64,000 nt of DNA, from positions 49,414,001-49,478,000 of the forward strand of contig NC_088857.1 of the NCBI RefSeq assembly GCF_963853765.1, in the 5' to 3' direction. A program made the translations under genes and the position numbers. This stretch comes from Magallana gigas (Eukaryota). How positions within the stretch are numbered: position 1 is the first letter of the stretch; every line of letters begins with the position of its first letter. Below the pieces are notes generated by a model. The model was not told where the DNA came from. It saw nothing but the letters and a program-made list of their open reading frames with translations, and did no database searches. Shown piece by piece: positions 63,870 through 64,000 of this stretch.

Positions 63870-64000
63870 ATAAAATCACAAATTGATCCTATTAACCGCA
63901 AACGTTTTCGCCATTCCTGGCTCTTCAGGCAGTTGTGTACAAATGACTAATATGTAACGTAGTAACGTCAATAAGCAAAAGTTCATTGTGACGTCATAAT

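Noticed and set aside
63251-63901. ORFs containing X runs
   Set aside because: Artefacts of the two N gaps.

Overview
AT-rich, intron-containing animal genomic DNA, most likely an oyster (Crassostrea/Magallana): it carries a 166-bp Cg170-like repeat inside Helentron-type elements. Splicing GT-AG boundaries by hand with reading-frame phase checked gives five recognisable genes. (1) The 3' part of a KMT2C/D (MLL3/4) orthologue (+, <1-15979, 16 exons) that appears to stop without any FYR/SET region. (2) HTATIP2 (-, 5 exons, 231 aa). (3) NAPRT (+, 15 exons, 551 aa). (4) A claudin/PMP22-family tetraspan gene (-, 3 exons, 172 aa). (5) A Ly6/uPAR three-finger GPI-type gene (-, 3 exons, 144 aa). Two weaker gene candidates are an unrecognised 242-aa ORF fused to a LINE 3' end and a 5-exon model head-to-head with NAPRT. 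Intergenic and intronic DNA is packed with non-autonomous elements: TA- and TTAA-flanked MITEs, a V-domain SINE, Helentrons and many long palindromic (foldback) elements. The top leads are the apparently SET-less KMT2C/D, a 760-bp palindrome with nested hairpins, and a Penelope-like hammerhead core in a palindrome beside an assembly gap. No database searches were run; family assignments rest on remembered motifs.
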